64,000 bases of DNA from a virus (Duplodnaviria; Caudoviricetes): IMG/VR virus record IMGVR_UViG_3300043409_003130, positions 18,526-82,525 of that record. One strand, 5' to 3'. Positions 18,500 to 28,685 of this stretch are shown piece after piece. Under the pieces are notes generated by a model. It did no database searches. It was given only the letters and a program-made list of their open reading frames with translations, and was not told the origin of the DNA. A program made the position numbers and the translations under genes. Position 1 is the first letter of the stretch, and each line of letters starts with the position of its first letter.

Positions 18500-20445
18500 A
18501 AGATTTTATAACAAATAGTGGAGGAACCTCTAAATTAAAACTTTCAAATTTAGATCCTGAGAATAATGCAATTTGGACATCCGAAAAGATTAATCAACTA
18601 TTAGAAGATTTTGAAAATGGAGTAATTGATATTAAAACAATCAAAAATTCTCCGTTTAAAGATAATGATCCAGCCTGGAAAAAAGCAAATCTAGTATTTG
18701 AATATACTCCAGAAGAGCTTGATGAAATCCGAAAGTGTAAAGCTGATCCTGTTTATTTTGCAAGTAGGCATGCTCAAGTAATGCAGGAACAGGGCATTGA
18801 GCAAATTATGCTAAGAGATTATCAAGAAGAGATAATTAAATCATTTAAAGATAACCGATTTAACTGTTTAATGGCGTCTAGACAAATTGGAAAAACTGTA
18901 ATGTCTGGCCTATTTATTGCATGGTACCTAGTATTTCATACTGATAAAAATGTATTGGCTGTAGCCAATATTGCATCAACCACTAAGGAGGTTTTAGATA
19001 AAATTAAATCAGTACTTGAAAATTTACCGTTCTTCTTAAAACCTGGCTGTGTTTCAAATAATGTAATGTCAATGAAGTACGATAATGGGTGCAGACTAAT
19101 TGGCCGTACTACCACTAAAAATACTGGTATTGGTTTTACAATCCATGTACTCTATATTGACGAATTTGCGCATATTAATGCCTCATATTTGGACTTTTTT
19201 TATCGAGCAATTTATCCAACTATTTCAGCATCAAAGAACTCAAAAATCATAATAACTTCAACTCCAAATGGTATGAATCGTTTTTATGAAATTTACATGG
19301 ATGCAATGAATCATAATAATGAATATGTTCCATTAAGAGTAGATTGGTGGCAGGTTCCTGGAAGAGATGATGAATGGAAACGCAGTACAATTGCAAACTT
19401 AGGCTCAGAAGAAGACTTTAACCAGGAATATGGGTTGCAATTCTTTTCATCAGATAAATTATTACTACAGTCTAAAGATCTTAAAAAAATATTTGCCCTT
19501 AGAACTCAATACGTCATCCCAGAGTGGGCTCAAAACCCAACTACATTAGATCTATTACACGGACTTACCGTTCACCCAAACTTTAACAAGTTAACCCTAA
19601 ATGATATTAAAAATGATAAAAACTACTATATATTTTCAATTGATACAGCTGACGGTTTAAATCGTGACTATTCAGTAATTAATATTTTTAAGTTTATTGC
19701 ACTGCCATTAAAAATGCTGACTCCAGTAAAGGAGTTCATTAAAAACGAAACTGATATTTTTTCGCTAGTTCAAGTTGCAACGTTTAGAACAAATACCAAA
19801 GATATTAATCAATATTGTAATTCGTTAGAGTATTTATTATATACGGTATTTAATACTGATAAGGTAAGATTATTAGTCGAGTTAAATCATAAAGGCGAAT
19901 ATGTAATGGATAAAATTATGAAACATGAAGCCTATTGGAGTGGACTCCTTGTTTTTTCAAAGCATACAGAATCTGCACAGCACCTTAAACCTGGCCTTAA
20001 ATTAACCACAACTAATAAAATTAAATTTTGCGAACGATTTAAATACTTAACGGCGGTTAATAAGATATTACCAAATGAATTTAAAACAGTTCATGAGCTT
20101 GGAGCATTTGGCCGAACTTCTAATGGTACATACCGCAGCCAAAGTGGCAATGACGATTTGGCAATGACGTGTGTTAATTCAGCAGCATTTTTTGAATCTC
20201 CTAATTTTTTTGAATTAGCCAGTGATGAACTTGATAAACAGTCACCAGAATATATGGCAGAACTCTACTTAAATTTTTTAAATGAAGTATATTTATCAAA
20301 AGAGTCAAATTATGATTTTGAAATGATAAATTCTATGAATAGTGCAGGCACGGCTAGAACCAGTAATGCTAGCCACCGACTAGATGAAAATTATATTGAT
20401 AATCATAAATTAACTCTACAAAAATTTTATGGAAACACTGACTAA
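18496..20445 (+). CDS. terL: Terminase large subunit, T4 gp17-like
   Basis: LRDYQ, ASRQIGKT (Walker A), YIDEFAH (Walker B), STPNG, IDTADG..DYS and DDLAM nuclease motifs. Confidence 0.95.
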   Translation: MKDFITNSGGTSKLKLSNLDPENNAIWTSEKINQLLEDFENGVIDIKTIKNSPFKDNDPAWKKANLVFEYTPEELDEIRKCKADPVYFASRHAQVMQEQGIEQIMLRDYQEEIIKSFKDNRFNCLMASRQIGKTVMSGLFIAWYLVFHTDKNVLAVANIASTTKEVLDKIKSVLENLPFFLKPGCVSNNVMSMKYDNGCRLIGRTTTKNTGIGFTIHVLYIDEFAHINASYLDFFYRAIYPTISASKNSKIIITSTPNGMNRFYEIYMDAMNHNNEYVPLRVDWWQVPGRDDEWKRSTIANLGSEEDFNQEYGLQFFSSDKLLLQSKDLKKIFALRTQYVIPEWAQNPTTLDLLHGLTVHPNFNKLTLNDIKNDKNYYIFSIDTADGLNRDYSVINIFKFIALPLKMLTPVKEFIKNETDIFSLVQVATFRTNTKDINQYCNSLEYLLYTVFNTDKVRLLVELNHKGEYVMDKIMKHEAYWSGLLVFSKHTESAQHLKPGLKLTTTNKIKFCERFKYLTAVNKILPNEFKTVHELGAFGRTSNGTYRSQSGNDDLAMTCVNSAAFFESPNFFELASDELDKQSPEYMAELYLNFLNEVYLSKESNYDFEMINSMNSAGTARTSNASHRLDENYIDNHKLTLQKFYGNTD

Positions 20446-20750
20446 TGAAATTTACAGATTTAGAAAAACCGGATTTTTTAAAAGATAAGCATGTAATTTT
20501 TACTAAAATTATTAATGCAATTGAACGCTCTCATTTAAAAAAGTCTCCAAATATTTTCATTAAGAATATTAAATTAATGGAAGAAGTTGTTGATGTAATC
20601 GCAACCCGTGATGAATGGCCAGGTTGTTTAACTAGAGCCTTAACATTTTTTGAAAGTATTGAAGATTATGAATCATGTCAAAGGTGTAAAAATCTTAATC
20701 AATTAATTAAATTACCAATTAAAAAAACTAGAAAAAATGGAAAATCGTAA
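20445..20750 (+). CDS. Small protein with UVR-like motif
   Basis: ALTFFESIEDYESCQRCKNL. Confidence 0.55.
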   Translation: MKFTDLEKPDFLKDKHVIFTKIINAIERSHLKKSPNIFIKNIKLMEEVVDVIATRDEWPGCLTRALTFFESIEDYESCQRCKNLNQLIKLPIKKTRKNGKS

Positions 20751-21477
20751 GGATTCTAAAAAACCGGCCAGGTCAAATAAACCTAAACGTGAGACGTATG
20801 AAATTTCAAAAAAGGATTTAAGAAATATTACGCTAAAGCAGTCTCAACAAATATATTTTAATAAAATTATAGCAAATGAAATAACCTTTTGTTATGGACC
20901 AGCTGGAACGTCTAAAACGTTTACTGCATGTCTAGCGGCTCTTCAATTATATTTAGATGGCAAAATAAAAAAGATCATTTTATCTAAGCCTATCCAAGAG
21001 TCTGGTGAAAAGCTTGGATTTTTACCTGGAGAAATAAAGGACAAAATTGATCCATTTATGGAAAGTTATCGATCAAATTTAGTAAAATTAATACATGACC
21101 CAAATTTAGTTAGTTGGTTAGAGTCAATTGGAGTTATTGAATTTAGGCCACTTGCCTATATGAGAGGCGCAACCTTTGATAATTGCTTAATGATATTAGA
21201 TGAAGCTCAAAATGCAGATTTTAAACAATTAATGTTATTTGTAACCAGAATGGGAAAAGATTCTAAAGTATTGATTTGCGGAGATGTAAGCCAATATGAT
21301 ATTGCAAAGAGTAAAGTAGCTTTACCGGATTTTATAAATGTGCTATCTGGAATTAACGGATTAGACGTTCATAAATTTAACGATGAAGATATTGTAAGAA
21401 ATAAAATTTTAATTCAAATAGCTGACCGCTATGATAAATGGAAAGAGTCAAACCCAAATCATCAATTTTTTAAGTAA
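20737..21477 (+). CDS. phoH: PhoH family ATPase
   Basis: GPAGTSKT, LGFLPG, PLAYMRGATF, LDEAQN, GDVSQYD. Confidence 0.95.
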   Translation: MENRKDSKKPARSNKPKRETYEISKKDLRNITLKQSQQIYFNKIIANEITFCYGPAGTSKTFTACLAALQLYLDGKIKKIILSKPIQESGEKLGFLPGEIKDKIDPFMESYRSNLVKLIHDPNLVSWLESIGVIEFRPLAYMRGATFDNCLMILDEAQNADFKQLMLFVTRMGKDSKVLICGDVSQYDIAKSKVALPDFINVLSGINGLDVHKFNDEDIVRNKILIQIADRYDKWKESNPNHQFFK

Positions 21478-21494
21478 GTTTTAAAAACCAAAAT

Positions 21495-22121
21495 ATGAGC
21501 GCATACGACCTAATAAACAAGCAACTCAATAATGAGATGCAAAAACTTGCTGAAAAAATAAAAAGCAAAGACTATACTGAACGTGATCGAAACCGATTAG
21601 CATCAATTATGTATCCAAAATTAAAATATTTTATATGGAAATTTTTTAATGATGAAGATGAAACTGCTGAAGTATTGCATAATACTTTATTTAAAATATT
21701 TAAAGGCCTGGATTCGTATAATGATACATTTAGATTTACTACGTGGATTTATACAATTGCAAAAAATGAGGCACTATTACATAAGCATAAGTTAATTAAA
21801 AATTATGCTATCAGAATTGATAATATGACTCGACCTTTAAATATTGAAGATGATAGTGTTTTTAATTTTGATAAAGAAATATACATTGAGTCTCTATATA
21901 AAATGACAACTGATGAATTGCAATCTCTGCCGGACGGTATTGAAAAATCAATTTTAGTAGACAAGGAAATTCATTCAATGAAAGGCGATGCAATTGCCTC
22001 TAAATATAATATGAATTTGAATACAGTTAAGACTAAAATTAGAAAGGCTCGAAAGATGCTAAAGGATTCTGTGCTTATTAAAAATCCACAAATGAAAGAA
22101 AATTTAACTACTTATTTTTAA
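21495..22121 (+). CDS. RNA polymerase sigma factor (sigma70 family, ECF-like architecture)
   Basis: Region 2 AEVLHNTLFKIF...FTTWIYTIAKNEAL; region 4 HTH IASKYNMNLNTVKTKIRKAR. Confidence 0.85.
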   Translation: MSAYDLINKQLNNEMQKLAEKIKSKDYTERDRNRLASIMYPKLKYFIWKFFNDEDETAEVLHNTLFKIFKGLDSYNDTFRFTTWIYTIAKNEALLHKHKLIKNYAIRIDNMTRPLNIEDDSVFNFDKEIYIESLYKMTTDELQSLPDGIEKSILVDKEIHSMKGDAIASKYNMNLNTVKTKIRKARKMLKDSVLIKNPQMKENLTTYF

Positions 22122-22124
22122 ATT

Positions 22125-22625
22125 ATGAAAGATTTTATTAATCCTGTTACTTTTTATGAAACTATTGTAATCATAGTTAAAAATTTAAAAAATTTTATTT
22201 TTTATAGAACCAAAATGTCAGCTATCAATAAAAGTGGAGTTCTAAAACAGACAGGTTTAAGATTAGACCTTCGAGCTAGGGCATATTACGTATTAAATAT
22301 TGAACCTGAATTATTAATGATGGGCCAAGATACACTAGAGTTAGAAAAAAGTAGAGTATTTGAGTCATTAACTAAAAAGAAAGAACTTTTTGAAAACCAT
22401 AATTTAACTGAATTAATTGAGGCAAAAACTGACCGAATTAAAACCTCTGACTACTATGCCTACCTAATTCAAATTAAATATAGACCCATGGCTACTGTTT
22501 CAAACCATATATATGTATTAAGCTGGTTAACCTGTTTAGGTTTTATTGCCTATTGGATATACCTAGGTTTTTTAAATTACAATGAAATCCAAACCGGATT
22601 AGGGGACTTGCTTAATAAAAAGTAA
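22125..22625 (+). CDS. Hypothetical membrane protein
   Basis: C-terminal TM IYVLSWLTCLGFIAYWIYLGF. Confidence 0.65.
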   Translation: MKDFINPVTFYETIVIIVKNLKNFIFYRTKMSAINKSGVLKQTGLRLDLRARAYYVLNIEPELLMMGQDTLELEKSRVFESLTKKKELFENHNLTELIEAKTDRIKTSDYYAYLIQIKYRPMATVSNHIYVLSWLTCLGFIAYWIYLGFLNYNEIQTGLGDLLNKK

Positions 22626-22651
22626 ATAAATAACTAAAAAATAAATTATAA

Positions 22652-22954
22652 ATGAAATTTATAGATCAACACTTTACTAAAATTGTAATTATCATATTGT
22701 TTATTGCCTTTATACAAACCTGTACAATTTCACGAAAGTCTTCAAGTTTAGAAAAGCAGTCAAAAATAACAAATGCAAGATTAGATTCAATTCAGGCTAT
22801 CTTATTTACTAAAAATGATATTGCTAAATTAATTGAAATTGAAGGTTTAAAATCTGAAAAAAGAATGATTCAATCAACTGACCGTAAGATATTTGATGTA
22901 AATCGTCAAGCCGAAATTGATAAAGAGATTAAAAAGATTGAATCAACTAAGTAA
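22652..22954 (+). CDS. Small membrane-anchored or lipoprotein-like coiled-coil protein
   Basis: KIVIIILFIAFIQTC leader. Confidence 0.6.
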   Translation: MKFIDQHFTKIVIIILFIAFIQTCTISRKSSSLEKQSKITNARLDSIQAILFTKNDIAKLIEIEGLKSEKRMIQSTDRKIFDVNRQAEIDKEIKKIESTK

Positions 22955-23643
22955 TGGGGTCAAATACTGTTAAATATTTTATAATCAGTACATTTGTAAC
23001 TCTATACCTGTTAGTATCCGTTATCTCTACAATTCACGTAATTAGCTTTTTTGAATTATCAAATCCGCAATGGTTAGCTATAAGCTTGGCTATTGCATTT
23101 GAAATTGGAGCAGCTGCCTCATTAGCATCATTAATAACCCTTGATAAAATGAATAAGGGTATTGTATGGGGCCTTTTTATTATATTAACATGCATGCAGG
23201 CAATGGGTAATACATATTATGCCTATATTAATTTAGAAAACTTTCAAGGTTGGATTGAACTATTTGGATTAAGTGAAGAGGACCAAATTTATCAAAAACG
23301 AATTTTATCAATTGTAAGCGGTGCAATTTTACCAGTCATTGCCTTGGGTTTTATTAAAGCACTGGTTGACTATATTAAGCCAACCCCTGAGCAAATTGAG
23401 GTTAAAACTGATAATATAGTTGAGCCTGACATTAAATCAGCAATTCCTATAATAAATAGTATTGAGCCTGATCCAATTGAGGACACTGATACTACTTATA
23501 TGGATCAATATTTACCAAGCAAACCGGCTGAGCCAGTTGTTATAGATACGCCCGAAATTAATAAAACTCGGGTATCCACTAAACTAACAGATTCAGCCCT
23601 TGCAAGAGGGTTTAGTGGTTTAAAAAAACCATTTGACCCATAA
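22954..23643 (+). CDS. Four-TM membrane protein
   Basis: Four hydrophobic segments followed by an acidic/Pro-rich tail. Confidence 0.7.
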   Translation: MGSNTVKYFIISTFVTLYLLVSVISTIHVISFFELSNPQWLAISLAIAFEIGAAASLASLITLDKMNKGIVWGLFIILTCMQAMGNTYYAYINLENFQGWIELFGLSEEDQIYQKRILSIVSGAILPVIALGFIKALVDYIKPTPEQIEVKTDNIVEPDIKSAIPIINSIEPDPIEDTDTTYMDQYLPSKPAEPVVIDTPEINKTRVSTKLTDSALARGFSGLKKPFDP

Positions 23644-23659
23644 AAATATTAACCAATGA

Positions 23660-24328
23660 ATGCCGTATATTACATATAAGGATGATCCTTTAGCCAAAAG
23701 AGTTAGTGCAGCATATGCCAATCTGTGTAGTAAATTTCCAAGTAAGAAATTTTTAAAACTAGTAGACCGATGTTTTGCTATTTTTAATGGGTCAAAGAAA
23801 GAGGCTAACTTTTGTGAATTAGAAGAGTTTATTTATCCAGTAGATGGACAATTATCAATTAATTTTGAAGTATGTGCAAATGAAACCTTATCAATATTTG
23901 ATAATGGATTAGATGATATTAGTTCATACACTGCATCTGGGACTCCATCTAATTATCCACTTGGAGCTGACGCTGAATATATTGAATCGGTTGGAAATGG
24001 TACAGTTTTTTACTTAACGGCAAATGACCGAAACTATGCTAGAGGCTGTATACTATATGTAACCTATCCATCGCTTGATAAAAACGGAGATGATATATTA
24101 CCAGCAGATCATGAATGTAACTTAATATTAACAAATAGAACTCTTGAAACCTATACAGTTTCATTACATCAGTTTTTCGCTCATTTCTCTAATCCTGAAA
24201 CCAGGGGAGCGGATAGTTTGATAAATAAAATAGAGATATTTAATCCAAATGATAATTTTAGTATTAAAGTAACTGGATTAATTGTATATGTAAAAAGTAA
24301 TGAAGACCCAAGCGATTGTGCTTGTTAA
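23660..24328 (+). CDS. Hypothetical, probable structural protein
   Basis: 222-aa ORF in operon; no recognised motif. Confidence 0.6.
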   Translation: MPYITYKDDPLAKRVSAAYANLCSKFPSKKFLKLVDRCFAIFNGSKKEANFCELEEFIYPVDGQLSINFEVCANETLSIFDNGLDDISSYTASGTPSNYPLGADAEYIESVGNGTVFYLTANDRNYARGCILYVTYPSLDKNGDDILPADHECNLILTNRTLETYTVSLHQFFAHFSNPETRGADSLINKIEIFNPNDNFSIKVTGLIVYVKSNEDPSDCAC

Positions 24329-24343
24329 AAAAAAGATAATAAA

Positions 24344-24670
24344 ATGATCGGACCTCCTGCTAAATTTTTAAGAAAACATACCTCTGCTGAGAATTCAACA
24401 AATTATACCCCAGCTTTTACTGACCTATCGGGTTTCGGAAGCTCAAATGGATCAGTTGGTTCATGGACTCCTCTGTATTATGGTGTACATAACTATAGTG
24501 CTGCTCAAACAATTTCAGTATGGACAGTTGAACAAGGAACTGCTGGAACTGGAGTAAGCGTTTATGTATCTCAAGGAGGTACGTTTTATGCAAATATTTC
24601 AAAATTAACGGTTGGAACCAGTGGACCAGTTACGTTACTCGGTACAACAAATACTCAAGTTTCTCTATAA
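24344..24670 (+). CDS. Small Gly/Thr/Ser-rich protein, probable virion protein
   Basis: Composition and operon position. Confidence 0.55.
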   Translation: MIGPPAKFLRKHTSAENSTNYTPAFTDLSGFGSSNGSVGSWTPLYYGVHNYSAAQTISVWTVEQGTAGTGVSVYVSQGGTFYANISKLTVGTSGPVTLLGTTNTQVSL

Positions 24671-25122
24671 TGGTACCAGTTTTAACCTTTGGTCAAAGAC
24701 AACAAGCACTAACCGGTCTTCCATTTTATGGAAAATCTGACTTTAATTTTGTTGCCTCAAAATCACCATTCAGTAATGGTATTTCAATTAAATTACTGCC
24801 GTTGGCTGATTTATCTAGACCTGAAGTGGTTGCAACTGATGAATTTGATATGGATCTTAGAGCTCTAAACAATCAATTTAAAAAGGGCTCTAGAATTACT
24901 GGTGTAAAAATTAATTCAACATTTACCAATAAGAAAAAGGAACCAACTATGATAATTGGTAAATTTGAAGGCATGACAATAGATAAAGGAACCAAGACAA
25001 TTCGAGCATTTATTACTGATCAACAAACCTTCAAGAAAGTTGAAGTTTATCCAGAAAGTTTAAACCGATTAACTGAATCCAAATCATACCTAGCGAAAAC
25101 CTTCCTAGCATTTGTGATATAA
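24670..25122 (+). CDS. Hypothetical protein with SH3-like segment and C-terminal LTE|S...KTFLAF
   Basis: FKKGSRITGV...IIGKFEGMTID...VEVYPESLNRLTES. Confidence 0.55.
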   Translation: MVPVLTFGQRQQALTGLPFYGKSDFNFVASKSPFSNGISIKLLPLADLSRPEVVATDEFDMDLRALNNQFKKGSRITGVKINSTFTNKKKEPTMIIGKFEGMTIDKGTKTIRAFITDQQTFKKVEVYPESLNRLTESKSYLAKTFLAFVI

Positions 25123-25145
25123 TTATCTAAACAACTCAATTAATT

Positions 25146-26171
25146 ATGATAGAAGAAGAACAACCATTAGATGAGGCTGCGCTTTTTTTGGAAAATCAAG
25201 ATAAGATTTACGGAAAAAATGTTGATATTAACCAGGCAATTAAAACTGCTCAAACTGCTCAACCTGCTCCAATTACTTCATTAGGTAATGCCTTAACTCC
25301 AATGCTAGAGTCTACAATTGGTGGACCAAATGATTCACTTTGGAAAAATGTGCCAATTGAAAACCTGCCAAGTAAAGGCCTATTTTATCCAGCAGACGCG
25401 GAGATTACGATAAAAGCCGCAACCGTTGCTGAAATTAGACACTGGTCTACAATTGATGACTCTGACATATTAGATATTGATGATAAACTAAATTATGTTA
25501 TTGAGAAGTGCAGTCGATTTAAAATAAAGGGTGGAACTTCATGGTTATCATGGAGAGATATTTCAGAATTAGACAGAGTTGCTATAATTTTTCTAATTCA
25601 AGAATTAACATTTCCGGCTGATCAAAATTCATTATTTTCAGAATTTGAGTGTACTGAATCATGTAAAGGCCAGGTTAAATGGAAAGACTCTGTCAAGATT
25701 AAGAGTTCAATGTTAACCTTTATAGAATTACCTGAAGAGATAATGAAATATTATTCAGCTGAATATCGATGCTTTGAAGTAAAGTCAGAAAAATTAAATG
25801 AGATTTTTTATCTATACATGCCAACAATTGGAGCAATTGAAAGGTTAAGAGCCAGAATTGCTGAGGCTCGATCTAAAAATCGAAAACCTGATATGGCATT
25901 TTTATCAGTAGCGGCCTATTTAATTCAAGACTGGCAAGCATTTACTCAACAAGAATATTATAACTTGGTTAATACCTCTTACGCTTGGCATATTAATAAA
26001 TTTACATTTATTAAAAAGTTTACTGAATTAATAGAAAATGCTAGAGAATCGGTTGTAAGTACAGTTTGTCCAAATTGTGGAAACAAGGTAACATCACCTC
26101 TTTTTACACAGTCCAGCTTCACGTTCAGGGATTTTTTCCTTATTTCAGGTGGACTTGACGAACTTATTTGA
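25146..26171 (+). CDS. Baseplate hub / tail-assembly-chaperone-like protein (T4 gp26-like)
   Basis: LPSKGLFYP..ITIKAATVAE, DRVAIIFLIQELTF, C-terminal CPNCG followed by RDFF. Confidence 0.65.
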   Translation: MIEEEQPLDEAALFLENQDKIYGKNVDINQAIKTAQTAQPAPITSLGNALTPMLESTIGGPNDSLWKNVPIENLPSKGLFYPADAEITIKAATVAEIRHWSTIDDSDILDIDDKLNYVIEKCSRFKIKGGTSWLSWRDISELDRVAIIFLIQELTFPADQNSLFSEFECTESCKGQVKWKDSVKIKSSMLTFIELPEEIMKYYSAEYRCFEVKSEKLNEIFYLYMPTIGAIERLRARIAEARSKNRKPDMAFLSVAAYLIQDWQAFTQQEYYNLVNTSYAWHINKFTFIKKFTELIENARESVVSTVCPNCGNKVTSPLFTQSSFTFRDFFLISGGLDELI

Positions 26172-26328
26172 TATTAACCGGATTCTGGCAGTGAAGCTTA
26201 ATCAATCATTTAATAGTCTATATGAATTACCTTATTATGAATATATGTACTATTTAAAACTTTTAATAAATGAGACTAGTGAAAATTCAAATGAAGTCTT
26301 TGAACTTGAACCAAACCGGCCAACGTAA
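26149..26328 (+). CDS. gp51-like small baseplate hub assembly protein (59 aa; not in ORF track)
   Basis: GTG start; VDLTNLFDINRILAVKLNQSFNSLYELPYYEYMYYLKLLINE...; overlaps the gp26-like gene in the +1 frame. Confidence 0.65.
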   Translation: MDLTNLFDINRILAVKLNQSFNSLYELPYYEYMYYLKLLINETSENSNEVFELEPNRPT

Positions 26329-26348
26329 TTAGCCAGTTTGGTTTTTTT
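26309..26348 (+). terminator. Putative intrinsic terminator
   Basis: AACCAAAC.GGC...GCC.GTTTGGTT imperfect stem followed by T-tract. Confidence 0.5.
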
Positions 26349-26388
26349 ATTATAAATAACAAAAAGAAATACTAAATTATTTAAGTAA

Positions 26389-28455
26389 ATGGCTAATTCT
26401 AAGGAAATCGTAATTAAGATAGAAGGAGTAACTGACTTGGCTGCAAGTGGCGGAGCCCAAATAGTTGAATGTAATAGTACTGGAAAGTCAAATATGCTTG
26501 GACCATTAGCTAAAGGTCTTAACCAAAACTCAACATGGAACGCTACCGTTTTAAATGATAAAGGTACAGTTACAATTCCTAATATATCAATTTCTACATA
26601 CTATTTAATACAGTTAGTTGGTACTCTGCCTGCTATAGTTAAGTCAGATGACCTTAATAAATCAGGTGAAGTTGTATTAAAAAGAGACCCTAACACTGTT
26701 CTTGCGGAGCAGGAGGTGATTACCGATAAATTTGTTAAACCACCAGATGAGATAGAGGAGACCCCTGCTAGCACAGAGGACGGTGCCAGATTTGAATATG
26801 AAATTAATAATGATGTAAAAAAATCCAGAGTATCCGTTTCATTATACGGAATACTTCAACATAATGGAGTAATAGTAGACGATAAATTAATAGGAACTAG
26901 CGAAATCAAAAAATATAAAAAAGGTGACACTGGTGCAGATAGTATAGAGGTTATTGCCTCTGAGTTAAAAAGGCAAATAATTTATGATTCTCAAAATTTT
27001 ATTCAATATAAGTATGATACTTATATTGAAACTGATAAAGTCAAAGAACGAAATGCTAAAAAGAGTGTACCGTCTAAAGTAACAAAAGCCGAAGCTGAAG
27101 CTATTACTAAGGACTTATGGAAAAAAATTGAAGCAAAGCGCGCACAAGACATAACGCCAACTAATGTAATTAATACAGAGAATAAAGCCAACAGCCAATC
27201 CAATACCAAAAAAGGAGCGCTTAATTTGATGAAAATAGAGGGCGGCCATAATCTATTAGACGCGGACCCAGCTGCATTTTATGAAAAAATAGATAAGACT
27301 GGTAAAGAGCCTAAGGTCGAACAAATTCCTTCAAATAATCAGTCAACTAATATATCCAAGATAATTACTGATAATTCAGTTAAACAAGATAAAGATGGAA
27401 ATATAATTACCTATTCAAATTCAAAAACTCAAAATATATCTAACAATAGCTCAAATGAAATAACTAATTCTATAGTCAAAACAGGTAGCCCTTCATCTGA
27501 TGACAAATATAAAGATGCAGCAAAGGCAAATATTAATACCTATCAAGAATCTCAAAAGGTTCTGAAAGATGCACTTGGAGATCCTACGATAGATAAAGCG
27601 GGTAAAGCTGCAATAAAAAAAGAACTTGCTGCGGTAACTGCCACTCTTAAACAAGAAATAGCTAATTACAATAAAGAGTATCCTGATGATAAAACATACC
27701 AATCCGCTGGGGCTAAAGCAAATGTTACTAAAACAAATAAAAAAATATCAGCTGAGGCAAAAACTGAAAAAAAGGCTGAAACTAAATCCGCTGATGCCAA
27801 AACCGGACAAAAACTTGCTGAACCGGCTAAAACTGCTTTAGATAGCAAACAAAAAACTGAATCTGGTAAATCAGCCGACAGTGTATTACAGCAGCTTAGT
27901 GGAATGGATGATAAAAAAGATCCAGAGGTTAAGTCTAACACAAGTAGTTCAGTTGAAGATATTCAAAAGATTATTAATCAAGAATTAGATTATGACCCTC
28001 GTACAGATGCTGAAATTACTGATACAGTTAAGTCTGACTCTGGTATTAGTGCTGCTTCTGAGAAGTCAACGTTAAAGAACCAACCCCAACCTAAAATCAA
28101 GGTAAAAAAAGAAAAACAGAGTACCAAATCCATATTGGAAGAGAAGCCTAAGGCTATTGAATCTAAAACGGTTAAGGAATTAACTGCACTTAACAATAAT
28201 ATACAAAATTTAAACAAAAACCCAGTCAATATTGATAACGGGAGCCAAATTACAAATACCAATACTAATAATAATAATACTAATCCAGTTGACCTTTATA
28301 AGAATCCTCGACCTGCGTCCAAACCTGGTAGCATGGCTAAAGAAACAAAAGAGAAACCTGAACCGGTTGATAATTCACAATCGGCTCTTAATTCTCAACT
28401 ATTACATGCAATATACGATTTACTAAGTACCGGAATAAAAGTAAAATACTCATAA
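26389..28455 (+). CDS. Large Lys/Asn/Thr-rich protein, possible tape-measure/hub-related virion protein
   Basis: Follows the gp26/gp51-like pair; TATAAATA at 26351-26358; low-complexity helical content. Confidence 0.5.
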   Translation: MANSKEIVIKIEGVTDLAASGGAQIVECNSTGKSNMLGPLAKGLNQNSTWNATVLNDKGTVTIPNISISTYYLIQLVGTLPAIVKSDDLNKSGEVVLKRDPNTVLAEQEVITDKFVKPPDEIEETPASTEDGARFEYEINNDVKKSRVSVSLYGILQHNGVIVDDKLIGTSEIKKYKKGDTGADSIEVIASELKRQIIYDSQNFIQYKYDTYIETDKVKERNAKKSVPSKVTKAEAEAITKDLWKKIEAKRAQDITPTNVINTENKANSQSNTKKGALNLMKIEGGHNLLDADPAAFYEKIDKTGKEPKVEQIPSNNQSTNISKIITDNSVKQDKDGNIITYSNSKTQNISNNSSNEITNSIVKTGSPSSDDKYKDAAKANINTYQESQKVLKDALGDPTIDKAGKAAIKKELAAVTATLKQEIANYNKEYPDDKTYQSAGAKANVTKTNKKISAEAKTEKKAETKSADAKTGQKLAEPAKTALDSKQKTESGKSADSVLQQLSGMDDKKDPEVKSNTSSSVEDIQKIINQELDYDPRTDAEITDTVKSDSGISAASEKSTLKNQPQPKIKVKKEKQSTKSILEEKPKAIESKTVKELTALNNNIQNLNKNPVNIDNGSQITNTNTNNNNTNPVDLYKNPRPASKPGSMAKETKEKPEPVDNSQSALNSQLLHAIYDLLSTGIKVKYS

Positions 28456-28685
28456 TGAAATATCTAGACCAAATAAAGAAAATCGTATTAAATTACGATA
28501 AAATTCAGCAATCTTTAAATTTATTAGAAGAACAGGCTCATATACTAAATTTAAGTAAAAATGCAATTGAATTACAGTTAGCTGAAGTAAAAGAGTCAGA
28601 ACGACTCCTAATAGATAAAATAAAGTCTGAAACTGGAGAAGTTCCTGACTTTTATAAAATTTTACAAGAATTACAAAAAGTATGA
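28455..28685 (+). CDS. Small coiled-coil hypothetical protein
   Basis: Translationally coupled on both sides. Confidence 0.6.
   Translation: MKYLDQIKKIVLNYDKIQQSLNLLEEQAHILNLSKNAIELQLAEVKESERLLIDKIKSETGEVPDFYKILQELQKV

Noticed and set aside
18496-20445. Intein or intron in terL
   Set aside because: Continuous ORF with ordered motifs; no Cys...His-Asn splice junctions or homing endonuclease motifs seen.
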